This document shows, in pieces, positions 9,238 to 18,023 of a stretch of DNA of 55,658 nucleotides; the stretch's first letter is position 1, and each line of letters begins with the position of its first letter. The stretch is from positions 1-55,658 of the forward strand of contig RXIG01000007.1 of the NCBI GenBank assembly GCA_004212155.1. The letters are read 5' to 3'. The notes below the pieces were generated by a model that saw only the letters and a list, made by a program, of their open reading frames with translations, searched no databases and had not been told where the DNA came from. The stretch comes from an archaeon (GTDB lineage: Archaea; Methanobacteriota_B; Thermococci; Methanofastidiosales; NM3). The translations under genes were made by a program, and so were the position numbers.

Positions 9238-9819
9238 GTGATCATATCTAAGAGTTTTCACCACGGATGGTATTACTGGTTTCGATACGACCATGACAAG
9301 CTCGCAGCCCATGAGAGCGAACACTACGCAAGCGAGCTGCTTGGATTCTTTTCAACGATAGAGTGCTGCCCACATCTCCACTTCGGACAGGAACCGCGTG
9401 CCTCATCGCTTCGCCTTCCGCGGCGATACGTGCACCGCGTGCGCCACCCGCTCACGAAGTTCACCATGTACGGCAACGACGTCTACAGGGAACGCTACCG
9501 CACCGCGCACAGCAGGGTCGAGATGTTCTTGCTCGAGCATGATATCGAGACCGTTGCCGTGGAGATCCCCGTCTGGCTCGAGGAGGACGAGACGGAGCTT
9601 GTGGGGTTCGATGCGCCCCTTACCGGCCATATCGATGTGCTCAGGCTCACAGACAAGATCGAGGTGTGGGACTACAAGCCCAACGCCGAACGTGAGCGCT
9701 ACGCTTCGACGCAGGTCTACTGGTACGTGCTTATGCTGGCAAAACGCCTCGGTCTCTCGCTTGACGACTTTCGCGCAGGGTACTTCGATGAAGAGGTGTG
9801 CTACCTGGTCACTCTTTGA
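9238..9819 (+). CDS. PD-(D/E)XK-superfamily nuclease-like protein
   Basis: E-x-P...GHIDVL...WDYK...QVYWY, a RecB/Cas4-like motif set. Confidence 0.7.
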   Translation: MIISKSFHHGWYYWFRYDHDKLAAHESEHYASELLGFFSTIECCPHLHFGQEPRASSLRLPRRYVHRVRHPLTKFTMYGNDVYRERYRTAHSRVEMFLLEHDIETVAVEIPVWLEEDETELVGFDAPLTGHIDVLRLTDKIEVWDYKPNAERERYASTQVYWYVLMLAKRLGLSLDDFRAGYFDEEVCYLVTL

Positions 9820-10222
9820 TGGTGAGCGTGACCGTCACGATGCGCGACGGGTCCCGAAGGCATCGCACAAGCTCTCTTGGCATGTCGCAAGCAGCCCCAT
9901 CGGCGCCGACGAGCAGCGTTCTCGGGCACTCGTATGCGCTCGTTCGTATCACCATGTCGTGCGGATGCGTAAGCTCAAGGCGTGGCGTACCCCTGCCCAT
10001 CAACGTCCACTCGGCGTCGCCGCACCGAAACGTCACGCGCACACCGTTTTCTCGAAGTTTGTCCTTGAAGCGCTGCGGCATGTCACGGAGCCCCTTGTCG
10101 GCGCCGACGGCAACGATGCACGTCCCTCGCGGCGTGAGCGACGTGTCTGTTGTCACCTCGATAGTCGTTTTGTGCGTCGCCCGCACGTTCTCGTGGCCGC
10201 GTGCCGTGATGACAAAATCCAT
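9809..10222 (-). CDS. DUF371 family archaeal protein
   Basis: ARGHENVRATHKTTIEVT...LTPRGTCIVAV. Confidence 0.88.
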   Translation of the reverse strand: MDFVITARGHENVRATHKTTIEVTTDTSLTPRGTCIVAVGADKGLRDMPQRFKDKLRENGVRVTFRCGDAEWTLMGRGTPRLELTHPHDMVIRTSAYECPRTLLVGADGAACDMPRELVRCLRDPSRIVTVTLTIKE

Positions 10223-10307
10223 AATTCCCCTACGGTAGGGGATATAAAAAACAGTGGGGCGCGGGATTGAGCAAGATTTATAAGTGGCCTGGGCTTACGT
10301 GGTAGTG

Positions 10308-10871
10308 ATGGACTGTTCTCACGAAGATTACACGATCCTTAAGAGGCGCGGACGGCAGATCACCGCGCGATGCAACGAATGCGGAGAGGTCATCACCTGG
10401 GTGAGGGAGAAGCGCATCCCCGTTCCCATCGTCATCAACAGGCACGAGAGCTCCGAGCGCACCGACGTGATGCTCGAGCGCGACAGGGTCGTCATCCTCA
10501 ACGAGGTCCTTGATGTGGAAGGCGAGGACGTCGAGGTGCATGCGATAGAGGTGGGGAACAAGCGCGTCGATCGTGAGCAGGCGGATGCGATCGATTGCAT
10601 ATGGGGCGTCTCGCTCTCGTTTCCCCAGATCGTCGGGGTCTCCGTCCACCTCCCCGAGCGCACGCTCTCATACAAGGTCGCCGTCGAGAGGGACCGCTGG
10701 TTCGGTGTAGGCGACGTGCTCCAGATCGGCATGATCACCTTCAAGGTAACAAGCCTCATCACCGAGCGCGGCAAGCGCAAGAAGGCGGCGGCTGACGAGA
10801 TCAAGCGCATATACGGCACGCCGACCACCATGCTCGCAAAGGAGATGCTGGAGGTATACCATGGAGTTTGA
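10308..10871 (+). CDS. Archaeal Zn-finger protein (COG1326 / HVO_0476-like)
   Basis: RCNECG motif and duplicated beta domain; lies upstream of pcm as commonly seen; TATA at 10277-10284 favours ATG 10308. Confidence 0.75.
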   Translation: MDCSHEDYTILKRRGRQITARCNECGEVITWVREKRIPVPIVINRHESSERTDVMLERDRVVILNEVLDVEGEDVEVHAIEVGNKRVDREQADAIDCIWGVSLSFPQIVGVSVHLPERTLSYKVAVERDRWFGVGDVLQIGMITFKVTSLITERGKRKKAAADEIKRIYGTPTTMLAKEMLEVYHGV

Positions 10872-11505
10872 ATCGTTGCGCGCCCGAATGGTGGAGCGGC
10901 TCGTCGATGAAGGTTACATCCTCACTGAGAACGTGCGACGAGCGTTTGAGGCCGTCCCCCGGGAGCGCTTCGTCCCTTCCGAGTACCGTGCCCGCAGTTA
11001 TGTCGATATGCCGCTTCCCATAGGAGAGGGACAGACGATATCGGCACCGTCCATGGTAGCCATCATGCTCGAGGTCTCGGACCTCTCTGAGGGACTCAAC
11101 ACGCTCGAGATCGGAGCCGGCTCCGGTTACAACGCATGCCTCATCGCGCAGATCGTGGGCGACGACCATCTGGTGACGATCGAGCGCATTCACACGGTCT
11201 ATATGCAGGCAAAGGAGAATCTGAAGCGATGCAGCAAGGTCGTTGACGTCGTCCATGGCGATGGCACAGAGGGCTGGCCTGCCAAGGCACCCTACGACAG
11301 GATCATCATCACGGCTGCCGCCCCAGACCTGCCAAAACCGCTCAAGGAACAGCTGAAGGTGGGAGGCAAGTTGATAGCCCCCGTGGGGAAAACGGCCGGG
11401 TTCCAGACCCTTACCGTCGCTATCAAGCAGCCGGACGGTTCCTTCAAGGAGAAACGGTTCGGCGCGTGCGCATTCGTTCCGCTCATTGGAACGTATGGTT
11501 TTTAA
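10861..11505 (+). CDS. pcm: Protein-L-isoaspartate O-methyltransferase
   Basis: VPRERFVP, GQTISAPSMV, LEIGAGSGY and APYDRIIITAA. Confidence 0.95.
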   Translation: MEFESLRARMVERLVDEGYILTENVRRAFEAVPRERFVPSEYRARSYVDMPLPIGEGQTISAPSMVAIMLEVSDLSEGLNTLEIGAGSGYNACLIAQIVGDDHLVTIERIHTVYMQAKENLKRCSKVVDVVHGDGTEGWPAKAPYDRIIITAAAPDLPKPLKEQLKVGGKLIAPVGKTAGFQTLTVAIKQPDGSFKEKRFGACAFVPLIGTYGF

Positions 11506-11536
11506 AGGTGGAGCCAGAGAGTCTCTGGGGAGAATT

Positions 11537-12424
11537 ATGAATAAAAACTTTTTATGCGCCCTTTTGGTCGTAGTGCTCATCGCCCCGCTCCTGGCGGGAT
11601 GCATTTCATCTGACTCCAACGACGATGAGGTGGACACCGATGGCGACGGCTGGACTGACAAGGAAGAGATGGCAGCAGGAACAAACACCGAAAACCCTGA
11701 CACCGATGGCGACGGCATCCCCGACCCGACCGACCCAAATCCTCTCGTGGCACAGGGAACGACGACACCGCCCCCAACGACGACCCAACCCCCGTCAACG
11801 ACCGAACCTCCAACGACTACGCAATCGCCCACAACGACATCCCCTCCCTCGGGGGACGACGAAACATGGATGCTCTACGAGTTCGAGGTCGGCGAGGAGT
11901 TCACGTACGACGTTTCCTGGACCACGTCCGACATGACAGAATCAGGCACGCTCCACATCGACGTCCTGTCTTCATCGACGAGCGACTACAAGATCCACTA
12001 TTATGGCTCATACACGGGCTTTCTGGATGGGTCGTTTGATACGACATTTACTACCAACAGGGAGACCGTCTATGACGACTTCGTCACGAACGTCTCGAAC
12101 AACTACACGATGATCTCACCGATGTTCTCGTTCACCATCCTCGGCAGCTGGTGGAACTACAACTTCTCCAATCAACAGTTCTATATCGGCAACACGTGGT
12201 CCGTGACCTACGATGGCGAGACGACGACGTTCGAGGTCACAGGGGAATGCTCGCACGCAGGATTGAACGGCTATTATGGCCAGTGGACATATACGGGAGA
12301 GGACATGGAGATAGGCGTCTGCGTATCCCCTGACGTGCCGTTGGCGCTCGCTTCGGAGTACCGGTTTGGCTCGGGCGACTCGGAGATCGTCTACACGTCG
12401 GAGCTGGTCGACTACAACTCCTGA
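11537..12424 (+). CDS. Lipoprotein with Ca-binding DxDGDG (thrombospondin-3-like) repeats, Thr/Pro linker and unknown C-terminal domain
   Basis: Lipobox LAGCI; DTDGDG twice; PPTTTQ linker; paralog of the next gene. Confidence 0.8.
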   Translation: MNKNFLCALLVVVLIAPLLAGCISSDSNDDEVDTDGDGWTDKEEMAAGTNTENPDTDGDGIPDPTDPNPLVAQGTTTPPPTTTQPPSTTEPPTTTQSPTTTSPPSGDDETWMLYEFEVGEEFTYDVSWTTSDMTESGTLHIDVLSSSTSDYKIHYYGSYTGFLDGSFDTTFTTNRETVYDDFVTNVSNNYTMISPMFSFTILGSWWNYNFSNQQFYIGNTWSVTYDGETTTFEVTGECSHAGLNGYYGQWTYTGEDMEIGVCVSPDVPLALASEYRFGSGDSEIVYTSELVDYNS

Positions 12425-12430
12425 TACTAC

Positions 12431-12450
12431 CTTCTTTTCTTTCTTTTTTT
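12431..12450 (+). terminator. Oligo-T terminator
   Basis: CTTCTTTTCTTTCTTTTTTT after the stop codon. Confidence 0.65.
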
Positions 12451-12609
12451 GATACATCCTATACGGTATCGGTGCCCTCTCTACCCATGCGCCCCCACTG
12501 CCATGTTTGGCGATCGACTGATGTGCCCTTGCACACCTCATGAAGATATATCCTGTCATGCGAATACTTTTTTATATGTGGCTTCATGATATTTCATTGG
12601 GAGGTACAT

Positions 12610-13392
12610 ATGCGTAAATTTATTAGTATATTGATGGCTATTGTCATCATATCTTCCCTTTCCGTAGGATGCATATCCTCGGATGGGGATGACAATGGAA
12701 CGACGACCCAACCTCCGACCACGACACAGGCGCCAACGACCACCCAGTCCCCTACTACGACGCAAGCCCCAACGACGACCCAACCTCCGACCACGACACA
12801 GGCGCCAACGACCAGCGCCCCTGGAAACGGCGAATCGTGGGAGCTCTATGACTTCGAGGTAGGGCAAAGCTTTACCTACGATGTCAGCTGGTCGAGCGAG
12901 GACATGGCCGAATCAGGCACGATACACATCGACATCCTTCCCTCATCGGCAGCTGATTACGAGGTCCACTATTATGGCTCCACCGACTCCATGAACATCT
13001 CGTTTGACACGAGATTCAACACGAACAGGGGATCGTTTTACAACGATTTCGTGAACAATCTCTATTCAGGTTACACGGTGCTGGCACCGATGTTCACGTT
13101 CACCATCCTCGGAAGCTGGTGGAACGCCTACTTTGCCGGCAGAACGTTCTACGTGGGCAATTCGTGGTCGATCACCGTTGATGGGGAGACGGCGACGTTC
13201 GAGATACAGGACACATGCTCGCATGCTGGCATCGAAGGATACTACGGGCTATGGACGCATACCGTTCAAGACACGAGGCTTGGCACGTGCGTCTCACCCG
13301 ATGTCCCGCTGGTGCTTGCCTCGGAGTTTCGCACGGATTCGGGCGATTCAGAGGTCGTCTACACGGCAGAGCTTGTCGAGTACAGCTCCTGA
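12610..13392 (+). CDS. Lipoprotein, tandem paralog of the upstream gene (lacks the DxDGDG repeats)
   Basis: SD GGAGG; lipobox SVGCI; shared motifs FEVG, YDVSW, FTILGSWWN, CSHAG, CVSPDVPL, ELV-x-Y. Confidence 0.82.
   Translation: MRKFISILMAIVIISSLSVGCISSDGDDNGTTTQPPTTTQAPTTTQSPTTTQAPTTTQPPTTTQAPTTSAPGNGESWELYDFEVGQSFTYDVSWSSEDMAESGTIHIDILPSSAADYEVHYYGSTDSMNISFDTRFNTNRGSFYNDFVNNLYSGYTVLAPMFTFTILGSWWNAYFAGRTFYVGNSWSITVDGETATFEIQDTCSHAGIEGYYGLWTHTVQDTRLGTCVSPDVPLVLASEFRTDSGDSEVVYTAELVEYSS
12699..12814 (+). repeat. 18-bp-period coding tandem repeat (x-P-T-T-T-Q) containing a 44-bp exact direct repeat
   Basis: aacgacgacccaacctccgaccacgacacaggcgccaacgacca at 12699-12742 and 12771-12814. Confidence 0.9.
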
Positions 13393-13451
13393 ATCCTTTC
13401 CTTTTATTTATTAGCAACCTTTTTATTGGCGTCTGCTGTAGGTGAGGTATC

Positions 13452-14582
13452 ATGAAGCTCTATTCTGTGGTGTTTGTCGCTTTTCTTGCCTTGGCCATGG
13501 TCGAGACATCGGAGCCCACGATGTCGGTCGATTACACCGAACAGGCCGCGCCTGGCGGCATGGTCCTGTTTTCGATTCGCATTGACAATACCACTGACAG
13601 CCCCTGCTGCAACAGCTACGTCCATATCGACACGGCGGCGATGGACGATAGCGACCTCTCAGCGTTCAATATCATCAAGGGCAAGGCGACGCTTGAGCCC
13701 ACGATAGGGCCGGGATCGTCATCCCAGGCGCTGCTGCAGCTGCAGGTCAACTCCGGGACGCCTGATGACGTATACGATGTCGCTATCACGTTTGAGGGCG
13801 GGCTTGGCACATGCGAAGGGGGGTGTTTTCCCTTCACGGTCTCACAGAGCTTCCCGGTCACGGTGAAGCGCAAGGTGCCATCGCTTTACTACGAGTATGA
13901 GCGGACAAACGACGTCGTGAGCGGAGCTGCCGAGGACATCACGATCACGATCCTCAACACCGGCACGGGCGATGCGAAGGACTTCAAGCTCAACGTCGGC
14001 GGCGGGCTCGATACCACGGTCTCCCCGTCGACGATATCATCCATCCCTGCTTCGAGCTCGAAGAGTGCTACGGTGACGATCAATGCGTCAGACGTGCCGG
14101 CGGGCAAGTACGAGCTCTCGCTCAATGTCGCGTTCTACGATACCTACTTTCGACTCTACACCGACACCATGCCGCTCGTGGTCCAGATGCGCCCGCCCCG
14201 GCCACAGCTCGAGGTCGAGGCGTTATACGGGCCCGACTCCCTTATCCTCCAACTAAGCAACGTCGGGGGTCTCAAGGCGCAATCCATCGCTGTTGATGCC
14301 ACGCTGGACGGTACGAAGGTCGTCGACCAGGACATCGACATCATCGCGTCCCAGGGCACGCTCCTTATCCCCGTGAACGTTTCATCCGGCCTATCGGACG
14401 GATCGGTCGTCTCGTTCGATGCCACGTACGAGGACATCGACGGAACGAGCTACTCGCTCCAGAGAGAAATCTTTATTAACATATCAGAGGATAGTGCGAG
14501 GGGCACGATAGTGCTCGCATTGGCGCTGATAGGCGTGGCCATCGCCGGCGCTGCCTACGCCGCGAAGAGGAGAAGACGATGA
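13452..14582 (+). CDS. Exported Ig-like (COG1361/NEW3/CARDB-like) protein with C-terminal TM anchor
   Basis: Signal peptide; ITILNTGTGDA and LSNVGG motifs; TM helix plus KRRRR. Confidence 0.75.
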   Translation: MKLYSVVFVAFLALAMVETSEPTMSVDYTEQAAPGGMVLFSIRIDNTTDSPCCNSYVHIDTAAMDDSDLSAFNIIKGKATLEPTIGPGSSSQALLQLQVNSGTPDDVYDVAITFEGGLGTCEGGCFPFTVSQSFPVTVKRKVPSLYYEYERTNDVVSGAAEDITITILNTGTGDAKDFKLNVGGGLDTTVSPSTISSIPASSSKSATVTINASDVPAGKYELSLNVAFYDTYFRLYTDTMPLVVQMRPPRPQLEVEALYGPDSLILQLSNVGGLKAQSIAVDATLDGTKVVDQDIDIIASQGTLLIPVNVSSGLSDGSVVSFDATYEDIDGTSYSLQREIFINISEDSARGTIVLALALIGVAIAGAAYAAKRRRR

Positions 14583-16042
14583 AACGGACACCACTGCTTG
14601 GAATCTTGCTCGTGCTCACGCTGCTCGCACTCGCCTGCGCACCCACATACGGTGCGGAGCCCGAGTCATCCGAGCCGCTCCAGGTGATCTTCTTCTACGA
14701 GGAGGGGTGCACCGACTGCCAGGCGTTCAAGCCGACACTCGATGAGATCGAAGAGGAGTACGGCAGCAGGATAGAGGTCACGCGCCATGACGTCTTCACA
14801 TCCGAGGGATGGGACCTGTACACATCCTATGGGTTCACCAAGGTCCCTGCGCTTGTCATCGGCTCGACAGCGCTCGAATACGAATCAGACAAGTTCACCA
14901 AGGAGCATGTCTCCTCGATCATCGACGCCAAGCTCGACGCTACCGTGCGTGTCGAGTATTTCTACGAAGAGGGATGCGACGCATGTAATGAGTTCAAGCC
15001 ATCGCTTGAGGCGCTCAAGGAGAAGTACGGGGACCAGATCACCATCGTGCGCTACGACGTCTTCACATCAGAGGGCTGGGAGAGGTTCACATCCTATGGA
15101 TTCACGGTCACCCCCGCCGTCTCGGTCAACGGCAAGATGAACGTCGAATATCCCGAGACGACCTACGACACGATCGATGGGTTCATCCAGAAGGCGCTGG
15201 AGGGAAAGGATGACGAATACTCCAACGTAACGCAGTGGTCGATACCCGTTGCCTTCACGCTCGGATTCTTCTCGTCGTTCTCGCCGTGCCTCATGGCTGT
15301 CCTCTCGTTCATCCTCGCCTATACCGCAGGCACATCGAAAAAACGCAGCGAGGCCATGGGAAAGTCGATCTTTTTCGGCATAGGCCTTGTCATCATGTAT
15401 ACCGTCATCGCAATATCGATGGCGCTCTTGGGCCAGCGGCTTACCAACTTCAAGTTCTACATGTCGCTTGTCGGTGCCATGATCACATTCGTGCTTGGCC
15501 TCAACCTTATCAACTACGTTGTCGAGGCGGTCGAGATACCGCTTTCGACGAAGGGTTTCTCTCAAAAGCTCGTCCATCATTTCGTGGGGAGGAAGGGTTA
15601 CCTTGGCGCAATCGTGCTCGGTGTGATATTCTCTGCCGTCAAGCTCCCATGCGCGGCCCCGGCACTCGTCGTCATCCTCACGCAGATAGCCGACAAGGGC
15701 AATCTCGTCTTTGGCATGACGCTCATCGCGGCGTTCTCCGCAGGCGTCATCTTGCCGTTCATATTCATCGGCATCCTCAGTGGGGGCACGACCGACGTGG
15801 CGCGCAAGATGCGCTGGTCGTCCGTGGTGCGCACCCTCGTCTGGGGGGGAAGCGGCGTTGTCGTGCTCATCGTGTCGGGATGGATACTCTACACGGCATT
15901 TGAAATGCTGCCCGCCGTAACAGACACCCACTTCTACGTGACGCTCATCGCGATGACGGTGACCGCGATGGTCATCATATATGCGCTCATACGGTGGAGG
16001 AAGAAGGACGGCGGCCACATCCGCCCCATGGAAGAGTACTGA
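14579..16042 (+). CDS. CcdA/DsbD-family membrane protein with two N-terminal thioredoxin-like domains
   Basis: EEGCTDC and EEGCDAC CxxC domains; membrane Cys motifs FSPCL and LPCAAP; multiple TM helices. Confidence 0.85.
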   Translation: MKRTPLLGILLVLTLLALACAPTYGAEPESSEPLQVIFFYEEGCTDCQAFKPTLDEIEEEYGSRIEVTRHDVFTSEGWDLYTSYGFTKVPALVIGSTALEYESDKFTKEHVSSIIDAKLDATVRVEYFYEEGCDACNEFKPSLEALKEKYGDQITIVRYDVFTSEGWERFTSYGFTVTPAVSVNGKMNVEYPETTYDTIDGFIQKALEGKDDEYSNVTQWSIPVAFTLGFFSSFSPCLMAVLSFILAYTAGTSKKRSEAMGKSIFFGIGLVIMYTVIAISMALLGQRLTNFKFYMSLVGAMITFVLGLNLINYVVEAVEIPLSTKGFSQKLVHHFVGRKGYLGAIVLGVIFSAVKLPCAAPALVVILTQIADKGNLVFGMTLIAAFSAGVILPFIFIGILSGGTTDVARKMRWSSVVRTLVWGGSGVVVLIVSGWILYTAFEMLPAVTDTHFYVTLIAMTVTAMVIIYALIRWRKKDGGHIRPMEEY

Positions 16043-16044
16043 CA

Positions 16045-16563
16045 CTAGAGGTCGTGGAACATCCTGTCGCGCCGCACCGTTCCGTCGTCCGCGCATGCGC
16101 CCTCGCGGACGAGAAGATGTGTTTTCAGGTCTGTGCCGGCCGAAAAGCCGCCGAGCCCGCAATCGGAGGACACGACGCGATGGCAGGGATAGATCAACGG
16201 AAGCGGATTGCGCTTGAGCGCTTGCCCCACCGCCCGCGGACTTCGAATGCCAAGGGCGCGCGCAATGGCGCCATACGATGTCACGTAGCCATGCGGCACC
16301 TTCGCAAGCGTTGCGAGCACCGACCTATCGAAGGCGGAAACGTCCTTTAACATGAACGGCACCTCGTGCATCTCCCCCGTGGTGAGCCACTCCTTTAGCA
16401 TGAACGCATATGTGTCGAGTGATGGGTCGTGACCCGTTTGCGGAAGGCTGTCCTCCCTGAGCGCAATGCGCGATACGCACTCATCCCCCCATACTATGAG
16501 GTAGTGTTTCGTCCTGTCGAACGTATAGGGGCACCATCCATGCACGCCGGCCTCGCGAGCCAT
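16045..16563 (-). CDS. ogt: Methylated-DNA--protein-cysteine methyltransferase
   Basis: RAVGQALKRNP and active-site PCHRV. Confidence 0.92.
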   Translation of the reverse strand: MAREAGVHGWCPYTFDRTKHYLIVWGDECVSRIALREDSLPQTGHDPSLDTYAFMLKEWLTTGEMHEVPFMLKDVSAFDRSVLATLAKVPHGYVTSYGAIARALGIRSPRAVGQALKRNPLPLIYPCHRVVSSDCGLGGFSAGTDLKTHLLVREGACADDGTVRRDRMFHDL

Positions 16564-16638
16564 ATGTCTTATATGCTCTCATTCTTATTAAAGTGAACGC
16601 AGGGTGACGCTTTTATGGTGCGATCTGGTAGGAGACAC

Positions 16639-17649
16639 ATGCTCATCGATGGCAGTTTCGGAGAGGGTGGCGGGCAGGTGCTTCGCACCTCTCTTGCCCT
16701 TGCTAGCGTCGCAGGTCTTGGCATCGACGTGACTAACATCCGTGCCCGGCGCGACCCTCCCGGATTGCGGCCGCAGCACCTGTGTGCCGTCACATCGCTT
16801 GCTGCAATCACTGATGCGGCGCTGGAAGGGGCGCGAGTCGGCTCCACACGGCTCTCGTTTCACCCCTCGGCGCTCCGGGCGGGCCAGTACCGATTCGATG
16901 TCGGCACGGCCGGATCGGTGACGCTTCTGCTCCAGGCGCTGCTCGTGCCGCTCCTTATGGCCAACGAGCCGTCAGAGCTCGTGCTCGTCGGCGGCACCGA
17001 TGTCAGGTGGAGCCCCACCGTCGACTACATGTCCAATGTTACGCTTCGGGCGCTCTCGCGCCTTGGCATCGATGCCGACATGACGCTTGTCAAGCGCGGA
17101 TACTATCCCCGTGGCGGCGGCGAGGTGCGCCTTTGCATCTCTCCATGGGAACGCGCCAGGCCGCTTGGACATGTGCGCGTACGCGAGCCAGACTCGCTCA
17201 CGGTCGTCTCATCGTGCGCAGGCCTTCCCGACCATGTGGCGCAGCGCCAGGCCAAAGGGGCACTCATGCTCCTGGAAGGGTACGACGTGGACGTGGTCTA
17301 CGACACGTCGGGGCACGGTGTTGGCAGCGCGCTTTCGATCTACGGCGATGCGGGCGAGATGCCAATCGGCACATCGGCCGTCGGTGCCCGCGGTTACAGT
17401 GCTGAGGAGGTGGGCGCCGACGCAGCCCGGGAAATGCTTCAAACAATTGAGAAAAAAACGCTTGATAGCCACCTTCCCGACCAGCTCGTGCCATATATCG
17501 GGCTGAGCGGCGACGCAACGCTTCCCATCCCCGCGCTCACCGGCCACCTCGAAACGAACCTCGCAATGACCTCGCGGTTCATCCCCTTGTGCTGGGACAA
17601 GGATGAACGGAAAATAAGCATAAAAAGAAAGGAGAGGGCTCACCGGTAG
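16639..17649 (+). CDS. rtcA: RNA 3'-terminal phosphate cyclase
   Basis: IDGSFGEGGGQVLRT, GLRPQH, GGTDV, RGYYPRGGG and DSHLPDQ. Confidence 0.93.
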   Translation: MLIDGSFGEGGGQVLRTSLALASVAGLGIDVTNIRARRDPPGLRPQHLCAVTSLAAITDAALEGARVGSTRLSFHPSALRAGQYRFDVGTAGSVTLLLQALLVPLLMANEPSELVLVGGTDVRWSPTVDYMSNVTLRALSRLGIDADMTLVKRGYYPRGGGEVRLCISPWERARPLGHVRVREPDSLTVVSSCAGLPDHVAQRQAKGALMLLEGYDVDVVYDTSGHGVGSALSIYGDAGEMPIGTSAVGARGYSAEEVGADAAREMLQTIEKKTLDSHLPDQLVPYIGLSGDATLPIPALTGHLETNLAMTSRFIPLCWDKDERKISIKRKERAHR

Positions 17650-18023
17650 GTGATGCCCGTGCTTTCGAGCACATCGAGCGCATGCTCGGTGTCTGAGACC
17701 TTGAGCACAGCCATGGGCTCGCCGTCGATGATGGCAGCGTATATCGCCTCGTCGATGTTGATGCCCGCTTCCTCGAACGCCTCGATGACGGTGTTCATGT
17801 CGCCCTTGCCGATGCCGAGCGCCGGTGTCAGGTGGGCGATGAGATCGTGTTGCTTAAGGCGCTCCATCGCCGCGCGGGGTTCCTCGACGCAAAGCTGCAC
17901 GATGCCAAAGTCACCGGCATCGGATATCGAGAATCCGTGTATGGCGAATCGCTCGAGCTCTCGCATGATCTGTGAGAGCCGCCCCGGCATGTTCTGAATG
18001 AAGACCGACACTATCTCCATCAC
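17640..18023 (-). CDS. ACT-domain protein (type associated with phenylacetate-CoA ligase)
   Basis: VSVFIQNMPGRL...SISDAGDFGIV; last gene of the paaK operon. Confidence 0.85.
   Translation of the reverse strand: MMEIVSVFIQNMPGRLSQIMRELERFAIHGFSISDAGDFGIVQLCVEEPRAAMERLKQHDLIAHLTPALGIGKGDMNTVIEAFEEAGINIDEAIYAAIIDGEPMAVLKVSDTEHALDVLESTGITYR

Noticed and set aside
12699-12814. 44-bp direct repeats separated by 28 bp, superficially CRISPR-like
   Set aside because: In-frame Thr/Pro linker coding repeat with 18-bp periodicity inside a lipoprotein gene
11537-13392. Paralog pair as a DGR template/variable repeat
   Set aside because: Differences are not adenine-restricted, both copies are complete genes, and no reverse transcriptase is present
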